From: Octopus bimaculoides
Taxonomy: Eukaryota
Assembly: GCF_001194135.2 (NCBI RefSeq)
Contig: NC_069006.1
Coordinates: 16,477,763 to 16,541,762 of the forward strand
Direction of reading: 5' to 3'
DNA length: 64,000 nucleotides
Each line of letters opens with the position of its first letter. Position 1 is the stretch's first letter. Shown piece by piece: positions 1-13,160 of the stretch. The notes beneath the pieces are model-generated. The model saw only the letters and a list, made by a program, of their open reading frames with translations, ran no database searches and was not told the DNA's origin. The position numbers and the translations under genes are program-made.

Positions 1-75
1 TTCACCAGTCCTCAGTCAAATCGTCCAACCCATGCTAGCATGGAAAGCGGACGTTAAACGATGATGATGATGATG
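1..75 (+). mobile_element. 3' tail of RTE-clade LINE (or RTE-tailed SINE) ending in (GAT)n
   Basis: ccagtcctcagtcaaatcgtccaacccatgctagcatggaaagcggacgttaaacg(atg)n. Near-identical tails occur at 24686, 42896, 59111 and 61030; the 59111 copy is contiguous with RTE coding sequence. Confidence 0.85.
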
Positions 76-875
76 TAGGACTGCCTTTGGCAGTAATTAC
101 AGCTTGAATTCTACGAGGTATGGACACGTACAAAGTTTGAATTGTTTCCAAAGGAATTTTTGTCCATTCTTCAGCTAAAACAGTCTCCAGTTCTTGTAGT
201 GATGATGATGGAGGATATCGACTCCTTACTTGTTTTTCTAAAATGCACCATAAATGTTCAATAATATTGTGATCTGGGGACTGTGGTGGCCAGAAAAGAT
301 GTTCAACTTCACTAGAATGTTCCTCATGCCATTCACTAACAACTTTAGCTGTGTGAATTGGTGCATTACCATCTTGAAAGATTGCGTTTCCCTCCAGAAA
401 CAGTTCCGCAACCATAGGATGAATTTGATCAGATAAAATGCTTAAATAGTCTTGACTATTAATTCTGCCATTAAAGGAAACCACTTGACCGGCAGATTTC
501 CAAGATATAGCCCCACCAGATCACAGTTCCTCTTCTATGTTTAACAGTTGGAAGAAGGCAGTCTGGGTCAAATTCTTCTTTTGGCTGTCTCTACACATAT
601 ACTCGGCTGGTTGTCGGAAATAAGGTAAAGGATGACTCGTCCGAGAAAATAATATTGTTCTACTGCTCTAGGGACCAATTCTGTAGGTTTTTACTCCACT
701 CTAAATGCTTTGCATCGTTTGCTTTTGAACGTAGTGGTTTTCTGATTGCAGACCTCCCGTGAAATCCGGCTTTGTGCAGCTCCCAGTGAACAGTTTTTGT
801 GGAAACTGGGTTCTCAAGGTGGTCATTAAGCTCTGCTGGGCAAAGTTTAGAGAACTCTACTTCTGTTGACAACAG
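76..875 (-). mobile_element. Decayed Tc1-family transposase (HTH plus DDE region), truncated at both ends
   Basis: ORF 35..484 has FQDGNAPIH and WPPQSPDHNIIEHLW (Tc1 QDNAPxH / WPxQSPDLNPIE motifs). ORF 660..872 has VSTKTVHWELHKAGFHGRSAIRKP (Tc3-type HTH). Frameshifts separate the pieces. Confidence 0.9.
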
Positions 876-879
876 AGAG

Positions 880-1650
880 CCTTTCCCTCAGAGTGAAAGG
901 CAGATTATATGATGCCTGTGTGCAAAGAGCCATGCTACATGGCAGTGAAACATGGCTGTGACCACTGAGGACATGCAAAGGCTTGAAAGAAATGAAACTA
1001 GCATGCTTTGCTGGATGTGCAATGTTAGTGTGCATGTGTGACAGAGGGTAAGTGTCTTGAGAGAAAAGTTGGGCATAAGAGGCATCAGATGTGGTATGCA
1101 AGAGAGACAATTGCACTGGTATGATCATGTGATGTGTATAGATGAGAATAGCTATGTGAAGAAGTGCCGATTTGTAATGGTGAAGGGGTCCTTTGAGAAA
1201 GGTAGACCCAGGAAGACATGGGACGAGGTGGTGAAGCACGATCCTCAAACATTGGGCCTTGTGGTGGCAATAACAAGTGACCAAGACCTTTGGCAATATG
1301 CCATGCTTGAGAAGACCTGCCAAGCCAAGTGAAACCGTAGTCGTGGCTGTTGCTAGTGTCGCATAACTGGCACCAATGCCAATGTCACGTAGAAAGCACC
1401 CTTCGAAGCAATATACTGTGCTTGAGAAGCCCAATCAATCCAAGTGACATCGTAGTTGTGGCCGATGCCGGTGTTTTGTAACTGGTGCCCACTACACTCT
1501 TGGAGTGGTTGGCATTAGGAAGGGCATCCAGCTGTAGAAACCATTCCGTACCAGATAGGAACCTGGTGCAGCTCCTCAGCTTACCAGTTTTCAAACTGTC
1601 CAACCCATGCCTGTATGGAAGAAAACAGACGTTAAATGATGATGATTATG
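880..1650 (+). mobile_element. 5'-truncated, decayed RTE-clade LINE (C-terminal ORF plus 3' UTR and GAT tail)
   Basis: Translation includes MLHGSETWAVT and LREKLGIRGIRCGMQERQLHWYDHV...GRPRKTWDEVV. It matches the ORF at 59256..59951 and ends in gttaaatgatgatgat. Confidence 0.88.

Positions 1651-1652
<2 letters not shown>

Positions 1653-1722
<70 letters not shown>
1653..1722. repeat. (TA)n(GA)n compound microsatellite
   Basis: Direct reading. Confidence 0.95.
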
Positions 1723-2019
1723 AATGCAGACCTACAGAAAGTAGCCATATTTTACAGCATCCCTCTGCTTTACCATCTTACATTTTTTTCCCACAATTAC
1801 ATGTGTCCTGCATGTTTAAACAAGCAACTGTTACCATCACATCAATCTCTCCTACTACCATCACTCCCCAAACAGTCTCTCCCCTACCACACACTCCACA
1901 GAGTCCCTTCTCCACATTAAACACACCAGTAATATATATCTATATATATATATATACTCCCTTTCTCCTGTAATACTACACACACACAGAAGTGAACCTG
2001 CTATGTTAGACACACCCTA

Positions 2020-2900
2020 TTTACTCATCATCACCATTGCAATCTGTTTCTTTTCACCACCACCACCATGACCATCACTTTCACCACCACTATCGCCACA
2101 ACCCCACCGCCCTTGCCTCAACATTAACACCATCACCATCATCAACAAGAACCGTTACTATCACTACTTACTACCCCCATTTTGGATAGTGGTGAGGGTT
2201 TTGCTTATACTGGTGGTGATGGTGGCGACAGTTGTAGTGGTAGTTGTTATTGTGGTGGTGGCGGCGGTAGTGTCGATGGAGGGTTGTCTAATGGCAGTGT
2301 TTGTTAAAGTTGGTGGTAGTAGAAGCGATAGCAATGAAGTTGGCGATGGTGGTAGTGGTAGTTAATGTTCAGTGTGGAGAAGATGGTGGCAATGCCTATT
2401 CAAATGACGGTGGTGGTGTGGTGGTAGTGGTTAGCATTGTTGGGTGATGATGAAGGGCGGGGATTATGTCTGTTGAGGTGGTGGTGATGTTTTGTGTATC
2501 GAGTTGAAGGGGGCGGGGCGGTGGTTTTAATTTAATGAGATGGGGAAGAGTAAAAAAACAAACTAAACTTTCTATCAGCATCATTATATCACCACCACCA
2601 CTACTACTTCTGTTAGTATCATCATTGCTGCTACCACCACCATCATCACCATCACATCTCCACAACCTCATCAAACACAACTACCATCATCTCTTCACCA
2701 TCTTACACAACCAATACTGCCACCTCCGCCACCATCAGCAGCCTGCACAGTCACTACTCCTACCTCCGTCACTATAACACATTACCACCACCACCATCAT
2801 AATTGTTTCTCTCTTCCCCTTTCTCACGTCCGCTTTCCTCTCCTCCTTCCTACTTCACTCACATCTCCTCCTCCTCCTCCCCTCTTTTTCCTCCTCCTCC
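2020..2900. repeat. Degenerate (CAC/GTG)n and (CCT)n triplet low-complexity region
   Basis: Runs of accaccacc, ggtggtggt and cctcctcct; this explains the ORFs at 2396 and 2535. Confidence 0.85.
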
Positions 2901-3252
2901 TCCCTGTTCTTTATTCTACATCAATTTCATAAAAGTTACATACTTAAAATAGAGTTTCATCGCCAATAAGACTTTATACGTTACATATATTGCTTAATAC
3001 AACACTAACAATACAAATTGCAACAATAATATTGATGATAATATTCATATTAATTGATAAGCACAAAACCTCTACATCATTTATTCTATAATACGCGTTT
3101 TTTTCACAAATTATTAATTGTGGTTTTGAGCCTGTGTCTCTCCTGTGTCTCAACTAAGGCTGGAAGCAGCCTCTCTCGTAAAGTACCAAGATAAACCAAC
3201 ATTGTGGACAGACATACTGGATAAAGTGACCATCCTGTGTGAAGTTGCCAAG

Positions 3253-3349
3253 ATGAAGATTTATCAATTCAAACTGGAAACGTTGTTAATATGTACGGGA
3301 TTACTTTTGAGTGCATTACCTCAGGTTTGGAGCATGACCGTAAAGACTG
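3253..3349 (+). CDS. CUB-domain type I membrane protein, coding exon 1 (signal peptide) MKIYQFKLETLLICTGLLLSALPQVWSMTVKT
   Basis: ATG in aagATGa context, a hydrophobic signal-like stretch and a strong donor G|gtgagt at 3350. Phase 1 matches the exon at 29797. The link across 26 kb is inferred from phase and protein logic. Confidence 0.7.
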
Positions 3350-3868
3350 GTGAGTGGATTTATATTTTAATTATAAATAATAACAGTGCTGATGAGATTT
3401 GGGGGTTTTCACAGTAGTTTTTCTGCTGGTGTTGGTTTTCCTCAGTTGTTGGAGTTGATGATGGTGTTGTTGATGTTTTTATAATGTGTGGAGAGGAGAA
3501 AACAGAGGGGGAAGTAGGTTTGGTGGTTTCTTTTCTTTTCTTTTTTTTTATTTTGATTTAGTTTAGTTTTCTTTCTTTGCTTTTGCTACTTACCAACATC
3601 ATCTTCATCACTCCACCACTACTCAATAATAATGATAACACGAGTAAAAAAAAAGTTTCATTCATGTCCAACATAGACGCTGCACACGTACACATGGAGA
3701 CATTGAAACACAATGACATAACCATGATCCTTTCAACTATACATGTTTTGCATTATACGCCCAAAATGATTACTCAAACCCCTTCACACACACAGTCCCT
3801 TCCTCCCCTCCCCCATCTCCCTCACACACCACACAATAAAGTGATACAATAATTCTTATCCCAAGGGG

Positions 3869-3911
<43 letters not shown>

Positions 3912-3954
3912 CCTGGTTGAGAATCACTAACAATATGTAACAAACAAAAGGCAG

Positions 3955-4457
3955 NNNNNNNNNNNNNNNNNNNNNNNNNNNNNNNNNNNNNNNNNNNNNN
4001 NNNNNNNNNNNNNNNNNNNNNNNNNNNNNNNNNNNNNNNNNNNNNNNNNNNNNNNNNNNNNNNNNNNNNNNNNNNNNNNNNNNNNNNNNNNNNNNNNNNN
4101 NNNNNNNNNNNNNNNNNNNNNNNNNNNNNNNNNNNNNNNNNNNNNNNNNNNNNNNNNNNNNNNNNNNNNNNNNNNNNNNNNNNNNNNNNNNNNNNNNNNN
4201 NNNNNNNNNNNNNNNNNNNNNNNNNNNNNNNNNNNNNNNNNNNNNNNNNNNNNNNNNNNNNNNNNNNNNNNNNNNNNNNNNNNNNNNNNNNNNNNNNNNN
4301 NNNNNNNNNNNNNNNNNNNNNNNNNNNNNNNNNNNNNNNNNNNNNNNNNNNNNNNNNNNNNNNNNNNNNNNNNNNNNNNNNNNNNNNNNNNNNNNNNNNN
4401 NNNNNNNNNNNNNNNNNNNNNNNNNNNNNNNNNNNNNNNNNNNNNNNNNNNNNNNNN
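3955..4457. other. Assembly gap. Other gaps: 10082-10763, 17449-18042, 36084-36159, 50794-51638, 52297-52309, 59369-59666
   Basis: Runs of n; ORFs spanning them are artefacts. Confidence 1.
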
Positions 4458-4679
4458 GCCAGAAGTCCCTTTTTCTCTTCACGGCACACTAAACTTATTT
4501 CAGAAAATGTTACTGACCGATTTTTGCTCAGTTTAATTATCACTAATTTTCCTAAAGTCTAATTTTTCCACTCTCTATATTGTTTTAATCTGTGACGGAA
4601 GCCCCTTCAAATTAAGACAGTGTTAATATAAGACATTCAAAGATAATCGTAATTAGTGTCAGACACTCCTCCACTTCTA

Positions 4680-4888
4680 TAGGGTGTCCACAAAGTCTGG
4701 GTACATGGGGATTAACACATACTTTAAGAAATTATTATTTCTTACATTTAATTGTTTACGTTATGATTTTATTTACTCCATGCACCCACATGGGGATTAA
4801 CATATCCTTTAAGAAATTATTTCTAATATTTAATTGTTTATGTTATGATTTTATTTACTCCATGTACCCAAACCTTGTGGACACCCTG
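4680..4888. mobile_element. Tc1/mariner-type MITE with TA target duplication and internal tandem duplication
   Basis: TA|tagggtgtccacaaagtctgggtacatgg ... ccatgtacccaaaccttgtggacaccctg|TA. The interior is an approximately 85-bp unit repeated twice. Confidence 0.8.
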
Positions 4889-5929
4889 TAGTTTGTCTTC
4901 CCTCACATACACACAGAAATAGAGATGATGGATAGATAGGTGGACGAACAGATCGACGGATGGGTGGGCGGTTTGAAAGATAGGTATTAACCTTCTAAGA
5001 CTATTACGATTTAAATGCAGGGGATCTTTTCTGTTTGGCCTCCACTTTTCAATTCCTTCAATTTTGTTCCAATTGATTTCAAAGTTGGTGTGTTGATAGT
5101 TTTGTATGCTAATTATGGAAATAAAATGCATTGTAGGTATATCTTGTTTGATGTTCGGTACATGTCGACCTCAAAAATTAACGGCAGGAGGAAAGTATCT
5201 GTCTGGCACATGAAGTTTAGCCTTGATATCTTCTCAGGGGAAGAAGAAAGCAAACTTTAGAAAGAAAACGCCAAAACAAACTTATTTAGAGACGATTTTT
5301 GGTTAAAAATCAATTGTTAGAATTAATTTCAAGATTATTAAACTAAATCTTCATACAACTCAGGATAGAGCTCCTTGAAGATTGAAGAAAGTAAACAAAC
5401 AAATGATGGAATAATTTGTGAAGGCTAAAACGAAGGATGAGGGATACAAAATGGCGTTGAGACAGAATTTCGAGAAACTCTGGGATAAATCTATTCTAGC
5501 GCCAGTAAAATAAATATTCTATTGTTTAGAATTTCTGAAAATCCAAGTTGAAACGAAAACTGGGGAGCTTTTGAAGTCATGAATTTTCATTTCAAAAGGA
5601 TCCACTGTACGGGCATTAACTTTTGCTAACTAAAGTTTTGGGGAAGAGGAGAAGGATGGAGAATTTTTTTTCTTTAACGAACATTCGTGAGTGCTATAAC
5701 AGGGAAATCTTTGTTTTTAAGAAAGGTTGCCCTGCAAAGTTTGGTGGGAGCCTATAGTTGATAGACCTATTGACTAGCTGTGATTGTTGTTTAGCCCCAG
5801 GACAAACTCTAATGAGCAGATCTATAATGAAAACTGCCCCAGTATTGATCATGTCCTTTAAAAAATTTTCTTCGTATATCTCGTTATCTTAAAGCAACAT
5901 TCTCTGGTTTGGATTTTTTTTTGTCTCTT

Positions 5930-6770
5930 TGTCAACACAAATTCCAAGAAGGGAGTTTGTCGATTATATTGATCCCAGCACGGGATGAAAGACAAAGTTG
6001 ACTTGGGCGGGATTTGAACTCAGATCCTAAAAAATAGCTGGCATACTCCAAGGCATTTTTTGCTAATGATTTCTAACGTAAGTACAAAGCTCTAAATTTT
6101 AAGGGAAGGAAACTTTTGATTTTATCGACCGTGGATGGAGAAAAAGCGAAGTTGACCCTGTTAATTTATTTGAGCTCAGAACATAAAGAAGGGCTAAACG
6201 GTTCTACCAATTCACTGTCCTAGGTAATACCTATTTCCAAGGCCAACAGTTTTGAGGAGAGGGGTTTAGTCGATACCGTCGACTTCGGGACGAAGGTAAA
6301 GAATACGCACACCACCAGTTTTCGGCGGTTGGGGTTACGTTTAGGGTTGCGCCAAAAACGAGTGGAGTGCGTATTCTTTACCTCCGCCGACCTCAGTATT
6401 TGACCACTACTTTATTTTATCGACTCTAAATGGATGAAGACCCATGTTAACCTCGGCGAAATTTGAACTCAGAGCATAAAGAGAGCCAGGAGAAATACCG
6501 CAAGACATTTTTTACAACGATTTAATGATTCCGCTAGCCCACTAGCGTCAGAAAAGTACCTTGCAGTATTTGTTTCAACGCTTTGCCTTATGAGTTCAGA
6601 TCCCGCCCATGTCAGCTTTGTCTTTCATCCTTTCGGGACCCATGAATAAAGTCCCAGTCAATTACTAAGATCAACAGTATCGATAAACTTCTCCAGTGTA
6701 TAGTTACTGGCCTTGTGCTGAAGATTAGGCGGTGGTGGGAAATAGCAACCAAATCTAACCTCAAATCACA
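5930..6770. mobile_element. Cluster of decayed tRNA-derived SINE fragments (family of the 56985 copy), mixed orientation
   Basis: Repeated gtcgatta.atcgaccccag...aaagttgacctcggcggaatttgaactcag motifs, matching the better-preserved copy at 56985-57192. Confidence 0.7.
6294..6383. mobile_element. Short palindromic MITE-like element nested in a SINE
   Basis: Perfect 17-bp IR aggtaaagaatacgcac / gtgcgtattctttacct; a second copy is at 13085-13160. Confidence 0.7.
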
Positions 6771-7245
6771 CTTCATTGTCTTAAAAATCGGAAAGATGTA
6801 CATGGGGTGAAGTCGTCTTAGGGATCACCACCAGTCCCTGCCACTTTTCAGCGGAATGGTCATGGTTGCAATGTGTTGGTTTACTACTTTAAACATGTTA
6901 ATTTCTCTGACTAAAAAGACCTATATTTATATACCATAACTTTTGTTGTTTAGACTCAGGTCAACTTTGACCGAACTAAAATCTTTACCTATTGTGTCCC
7001 TTCGTTTTATAAGTTAATTAAATGTTATTGCTGGGAGCTGTAGCTGCTATTTGGGAGGAAAAGATCCGCTATCTGTAGAGTGACAACAATATATGGCTCC
7101 TTCGTTGGTCCTTGTTCTTTTAAAATTTTAAAGAATTGCTGTAAAAGACTACTTGGTACTTAGGTTTTCATCAAGCATTGCATGTTTTCACAATACATGA
7201 AGAAACGCATTCGAGTTGTGTGTGTGTGTGTGTGTGTATACGGGT

Positions 7246-7589
7246 GGAGGTGCAATGGCCTAGTGGTTAGGGTAGCGGACTCGCGGTTTCGATACCCAGA
7301 CCGCGCGTTGTGAGTGTTTATTGAGCGAAAACACCTAAAGCTCCACGAGGCCCCGGCAGGGGATGGTGGCGAACCCTGCTGTACTCTTTCACCACGATTT
7401 TTTTCTCACTCTTTCTTCCTGTTTCTGTTGTACCTGTATTTCAAAGGGCCAGCCTTATCACAGTCTATGTCACGCTGATTCTCCCCCGAGAACTACGTGC
7501 TCAGCCACTTGCACGTTAATTTCATGAGCAGGCTTTTCCGTTGATCGGATCAACTGGAACCCTCGTCGTCGTAACCGACGGAGTGCCAC
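7246..7589 (+). mobile_element. tRNA-derived SINE (near full length)
   Basis: A-box tggcctagtgg, B-box-like gtttcgatacc, tail atcaactggaaccctcgtcgtcgtaaccgacggagtgcc. An inverted copy is at 62240-62617. Confidence 0.85.
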
Positions 7590-8344
7590 GTGTGTGTACG
7601 AGGACATATCATGGTTCTACAAACTGAGTGACTTTTAATAGTACACTGGCAAAGTGCTCAGTAATCACAACTACACGTGCTTGGAACTATTAGTTCCACT
7701 AAATTTTGATTATCTCGTGCTTTTACCATTGCGAGGAAAATTCTTAATTAAAATCAGTGTACGATGTGCCGTAATTCCCGGTCAATATTAAGTATAAGGT
7801 AGGACCAGAGTGATACAGTTGGCTGTCATCAGTGCCAAGGATATGCATTGTTGGATCATGTTTTGGCAATATCTAAGTCATTCTTTGCAGATTACGCCTG
7901 GCAGCAACATAACTGAGTCTCATTGCTTATACACTTAAACACCAATGAGGTAGTGTTAATGCAATGAAAATCAGCAGGGCGTAGCACCCTATTTCCTCAT
8001 GAGATGGATCAAAAAGAACATTGAAGCGTAAAGGAAGGAAACCCAATATAATTAACGTATCATAGTGTAGATGTACGAACTACATTGGGTGGTCACTTTA
8101 TATATTGAGTTTGTCGTAGCTGTTAATGTGTATTTGCTGTAGTCTAAGGTATGTGACATTTAATGAAGGTGGGGATGCAATTTGGTTACAACACAAAGCA
8201 ACCTAAACCTGGCCGACACCTAGTGTTTTTGCATGGTGCTAATGCAGGTTAATTTGAATACAGCATTTATTTTTCCAAGACATTGCAGTAAGAAAGCAAC
8301 GTACTGGTCTTATGGTATGGTCTGACGTGACCAAAAAAGCAGTG

Positions 8345-9000
8345 TACGATAGGTACAAGCGTGACTATGCGGTTAAGAAGCTTGCTCCCCATGTAGTTTT
8401 GGTTTCAGTCCCTATACGCGGTACCTTGGCCAGATGTCTTCTACTACAGCCCCGGACCAACCAAGACATTGTTAGTGGACTTAGTTGATGGAAACAGAGG
8501 AAACTCGTCGTATACACATACACACTTATGTGTGTGAGTGTGTGTACCTTTGTCTAGACATCACGTGATGGTTGTAAACGGGCTTCATCGTTGTACAAGC
8601 GATGTTTTTCATTTCCAGTCTTCCGTGAAAAAGCATGTCTAGCTATAGGAAAATACTGATTTCAAATTTTGGCCAGCAATTTCGGGGTGGGTGTAAGTCA
8701 ATTATATCGACCCCAGTACTCAACTGATACTTATTTTATCGACCCTGAAACGATGAGAAGCAAAGTCGACCTTGGTGAAATTCAAACTTACAATGCAAAA
8801 ATGAACGAAATGCCGCTTAGCATTTTGCCCGGTGTGCTAACGATTCTGCTATCCTGCTGTCTTCTAGCTATGTGGAAATATTACCTTGCTTGGAAACAGT
8901 TAAAGGTTGGCGACATGAAGGTGTCCGGCCGTAGAATACCTATCTCAGAAACTTCTGTCTGAGCATGCAAACATGGGAAAATGGGCTTTAAATGATGAAG
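8345..9000. mobile_element. Adjacent decayed SINE fragments and an RTE-type tail
   Basis: Similarity to the 14135/30474 family (8345-8600), the 56985 family (8680-8850) and an RTE-type tail (8870-9000). Confidence 0.65.
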
Positions 9001-11287
9001 ACGTACGAGTGATTGTCATCGGTGCTGAGTCTACGCATTGTAAAGTTGACGATGCCTCACGAAGGCAGTAAGGAGTGGGTACAAGAAAGGTAGGGCCCTG
9101 AAATATGAGGAATTTAAAGTGTAACTTGTGTGAGACACAAAGATGGTAGTGTTTGGATCTTCCTTCTAGTTAAAGTGTGGGATATTGTGGTTGGGTTTGT
9201 AGGTGAATCTACAGTGCTCTGCCTTGTATGGCACTGAACTTAGGATAGATGAAAGAACAGTAATTCATGAACTAGGGAAGGAGAGAGATTGGAAAATAAA
9301 CTTAGTGCCAGTGGTATATTGAGGTCGATTTCTTTGTCTATATTCAACAACAAACTCGTGAGATAAGTAGCAGTGTGAGAAAAGTTATTCTAGAGGTTTT
9401 CGAAAATAGCCGTTTTGTCTGAAAAATAAAAATATAAACAAAAACTTTTTGTTTTAAATTCTCTCTCGTTTCTAACCGTTTTTTTTATATTCAACCATGA
9501 CACAACGATTAGTATGTGAGTGGGTACGTATTTGCATGTAGTTGGTGCAGTATGAGGAGGAGGAGGTGTGGCCTAAACTTTAAAACCCTGACAGCCATAT
9601 TATACAAGATGGGTTGTTGTTGAGGTGAGGGTGGTGGTAGCGTGATTGGTATTACTGAGATGGTGGTGGTACCGATGGTGACGAGGTAATGAGGTATTCG
9701 TTTCTACTCTAGGCACAAGGCCCGAAATTTTGGGGGAGGAGGGGCCGGTGGACATTGGAATTAGACACTGAGGGAAAATGGCTGTAACTTTTTTATTTTT
9801 TAATTTTGGCGATTTTCGTTTTCGAAATGTGTTCTATATGTCACGGTCATCCGATTCCCCCCAACTTAAAACCTAACCCTAACCCCGTTTGCCAAAGCGC
9901 ATTTTTTTCTTCATATTTATTTACATATAGTCCATCTGGACCAATGAAAGATTTGGATTGTCCGCGTTTAGCTGTTATTTCTAGCATATCAAGTTTCGTG
10001 GTGGGGACTCCACATATGATCCTTTTTCTGTTTCAATATAAATGTAAGCCGTTCATTTTCACATCTGAGTCGCGAGAAGGCNNNNNNNNNNNNNNNNNNN
10101 NNNNNNNNNNNNNNNNNNNNNNNNNNNNNNNNNNNNNNNNNNNNNNNNNNNNNNNNNNNNNNNNNNNNNNNNNNNNNNNNNNNNNNNNNNNNNNNNNNNN
10201 NNNNNNNNNNNNNNNNNNNNNNNNNNNNNNNNNNNNNNNNNNNNNNNNNNNNNNNNNNNNNNNNNNNNNNNNNNNNNNNNNNNNNNNNNNNNNNNNNNNN
10301 NNNNNNNNNNNNNNNNNNNNNNNNNNNNNNNNNNNNNNNNNNNNNNNNNNNNNNNNNNNNNNNNNNNNNNNNNNNNNNNNNNNNNNNNNNNNNNNNNNNN
10401 NNNNNNNNNNNNNNNNNNNNNNNNNNNNNNNNNNNNNNNNNNNNNNNNNNNNNNNNNNNNNNNNNNNNNNNNNNNNNNNNNNNNNNNNNNNNNNNNNNNN
10501 NNNNNNNNNNNNNNNNNNNNNNNNNNNNNNNNNNNNNNNNNNNNNNNNNNNNNNNNNNNNNNNNNNNNNNNNNNNNNNNNNNNNNNNNNNNNNNNNNNNN
10601 NNNNNNNNNNNNNNNNNNNNNNNNNNNNNNNNNNNNNNNNNNNNNNNNNNNNNNNNNNNNNNNNNNNNNNNNNNNNNNNNNNNNNNNNNNNNNNNNNNNN
10701 NNNNNNNNNNNNNNNNNNNNNNNNNNNNNNNNNNNNNNNNNNNNNNNNNNNNNNNNNNNNNNNTGAAGTGGTGACGGCGGTGGTGGTGGTGGTGGCTCAG
10801 TATCGGGAGCTAACAGTAGTTGTGGTGGTGGTGGCGATGTTTAAGCGTCGGATCAAATATTTGCCAACTCGAAAACATTCAATGTTTTTGTCCCCACCCC
10901 TCTACCACTACCAGCCCCGAAAGATTCAACAATTGGAAACAAGTCAGTCGCATTTATTGTTCTTCAGTGTTATGGCACTGCATTAAGTATAGAGTTGCAT
11001 TTATACAATTAAGAATGGGATTAAAAAAAAAAAAAAGGCAGTTAAAGAATAGAAGGAAAAGTAATTAAAGCAACAAAAACTGAAAATCCAGGAAAGCATC
11101 AAAAGATACAACAGAATGAAACAAATGTGATGCACACATGTGCTCAGACAAAACAGTTTTCATAATATATTTAATTAAACAGTTGGAATAATTATCTGTT
11201 ATATTGGCACATGGCTATATATTATATAGGGGTGCATGTGGGGGAGGCGTAGTTATATTTCTGGTATTTTTTATCATGTTTGGATGA

Positions 11288-11414
11288 GTGTAAACTTCGA
11301 ATACAAATTTTTTTATCTGTTCTATAACAAAATATACAAGTATTCGAAGTTTGAAAGTGTTTCGGTACCAAAAACACTACATAAAAAAATGTTGGCCGTC
11401 AAACCATAAAGATC
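11288..11414. mobile_element. One arm of the MITE family seen complete at 22883-23155
   Basis: gtattcgaagtttgaaagtgtttcggtaccaaaaacactacataaaaaaatgttggccgtcaaaccataaagatcc is the reverse complement of the left arm of the 22.9-kb element. Confidence 0.75.
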
Positions 11415-13084
11415 CGTAGTTTTTATTTACCTGCCAAGAGTCCGTGATTGCTGAATCACGATCTTTTGTCTGATCACAGTTGTTCCAGACAAAATGTATC
11501 TAGGAGTACAATATCCAATATGTCGTTTTTAAGATAGTAGGTGGAATACATACAAATAATACAGACACAACCCTTAAGAAAAAACTCCCACATATAAACC
11601 TCGTCGGTTAAAATAATACACAATTATTTTCGCCTTTTTTTTTTTTAATCCTTACGAAAGAAGATGATTAATCTATTATTTAATTTAACTTTGTACAATT
11701 CAAGGAAATAGAACAGTTTAACAGCAATATTTTCATCACAGAATGCTTATTCGTAACCGTTTGATTTAACTTATAATTTTTCCCATATTTTTGTCATTAA
11801 TTCCACTGAAAAATCATAAAAAGCAAATCATAGATGGGCATCAATATTTTAAGATATTTAATACAAAAATTAATATTAGAAAACTATCAAATATCTTTTC
11901 TTAGTCAAGAACTTTTCAAAACACATATTAAAAGTAAAACTTTCGTTATTTTACGCACTTCAAGTGTTTCCCGACCTTTTTCGTGTTACTTCTCTTGTCT
12001 AGAGCTTATATTTCACCATTGCCCACAAAGATGATGCATTGAAAATTATATAATTTTTTCGTCTTGGCTAAATAAGGATGAGTCTGATTATTTTTTTTCA
12101 CATCCGACTCAATATATGTAAGCAACATTGTGAAATTATCCTGTTCAACTATTTGTAATGCAAATAATAAATGAGTCTATGCATATATACGTACATGTAT
12201 GTACATACCTACATCTACATCATGTATATATAGATGCATATCTGGGTACAGGACGTTGCAAACAAACGTGGACAAATGATAAACAAGGTACAGAAAACAC
12301 ACAGGCCACATAGAGAACATTTCCTTCATCAGCTGCCTCCATTCTAACACTGGCGTTTCGAAGAGTTAGGGCAGTTGGTTTTACTTTTTCATCAAAAGAT
12401 CCAAAATTGCACCCACGACATGGGATGGGCCATTTTAGATATGTTTGCTCTTGTCAAAAAAGTACGTTTAAAGAGGACGGCCAAAAGCCATACTGTGCCG
12501 CTTGACTAACTATAACAATGGAATCACAATTGGGAACTTTTTCATAACGACCCATAATTTATTTGTAACAGAAAATTCTACTCATCGTTGGTTTTTAATT
12601 CATTCACTCTTGAAATTATTTTCCACTTACCCCAACACTTGAAAATAGTTCTTAAAGCCTAAGATAAGGTCATGGTAGTTGATTCCACGCGAAAAATCTG
12701 AGGATTTTTTTCTTTTTTCTTAGTGAAATGCGTCGGGGTGTAATTGTAAAAAAATTAACCGTAGAATCTTCGTAGCGAGAGTATCTCCAAATTGCTTGTA
12801 GAAGAATTTGTTCAGTTTGGCTCCTTACCTTTAAGCAACCACATTTTGGCTCGTCACGGTGATGGTCGAATCACTCTTGGCTTTACGCAGGCTCACCCTA
12901 TCACGTGACAGACCAGCCACCAATAGCTATAAAGGATGCTATTCCCTTACTAAGGTGAATTACGCAGGAGTTCAAATCTTGGCAGAGAGCACGGTTATTT
13001 TCACAGGCACCTTCCTGTTTCCCCCCTCAGAAGTTATGTTCTATTCTACATGAATACATCGTCATTATGTACCGTTTGTGGCGA

Positions 13085-13160
13085 AGGTAAAGAATACGCA
13101 CACCCGATGGTTCGGGTTAGCATTACGCCGAAAAGCGGGTGGTGTATGTATTCTTTACCT
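13085..13160. mobile_element. Second copy of the short palindromic MITE-like element
   Basis: aggtaaagaatacgcac ... gtatgtattctttacct (15/17 IR). Confidence 0.7.

Noticed and set aside
3145-3252. N-terminal extension of the CUB protein from the ORF-track GTG start
   Set aside because: Non-ATG start. The ATG at 3253 has good context and directly precedes the signal peptide.
7246-7320. tRNA genes at SINE heads (also 37203, 57192, 62617)
   Set aside because: A and B boxes are present, but there is no complete cloverleaf and each continues into a SINE body.
12240-12380. Type II hammerhead on the - strand (GAAAC before CUGAUGA)
   Set aside because: The predicted cleavage position is G, helix I does not form and helix II has about 3 bp. 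It may still be a repeat fragment.
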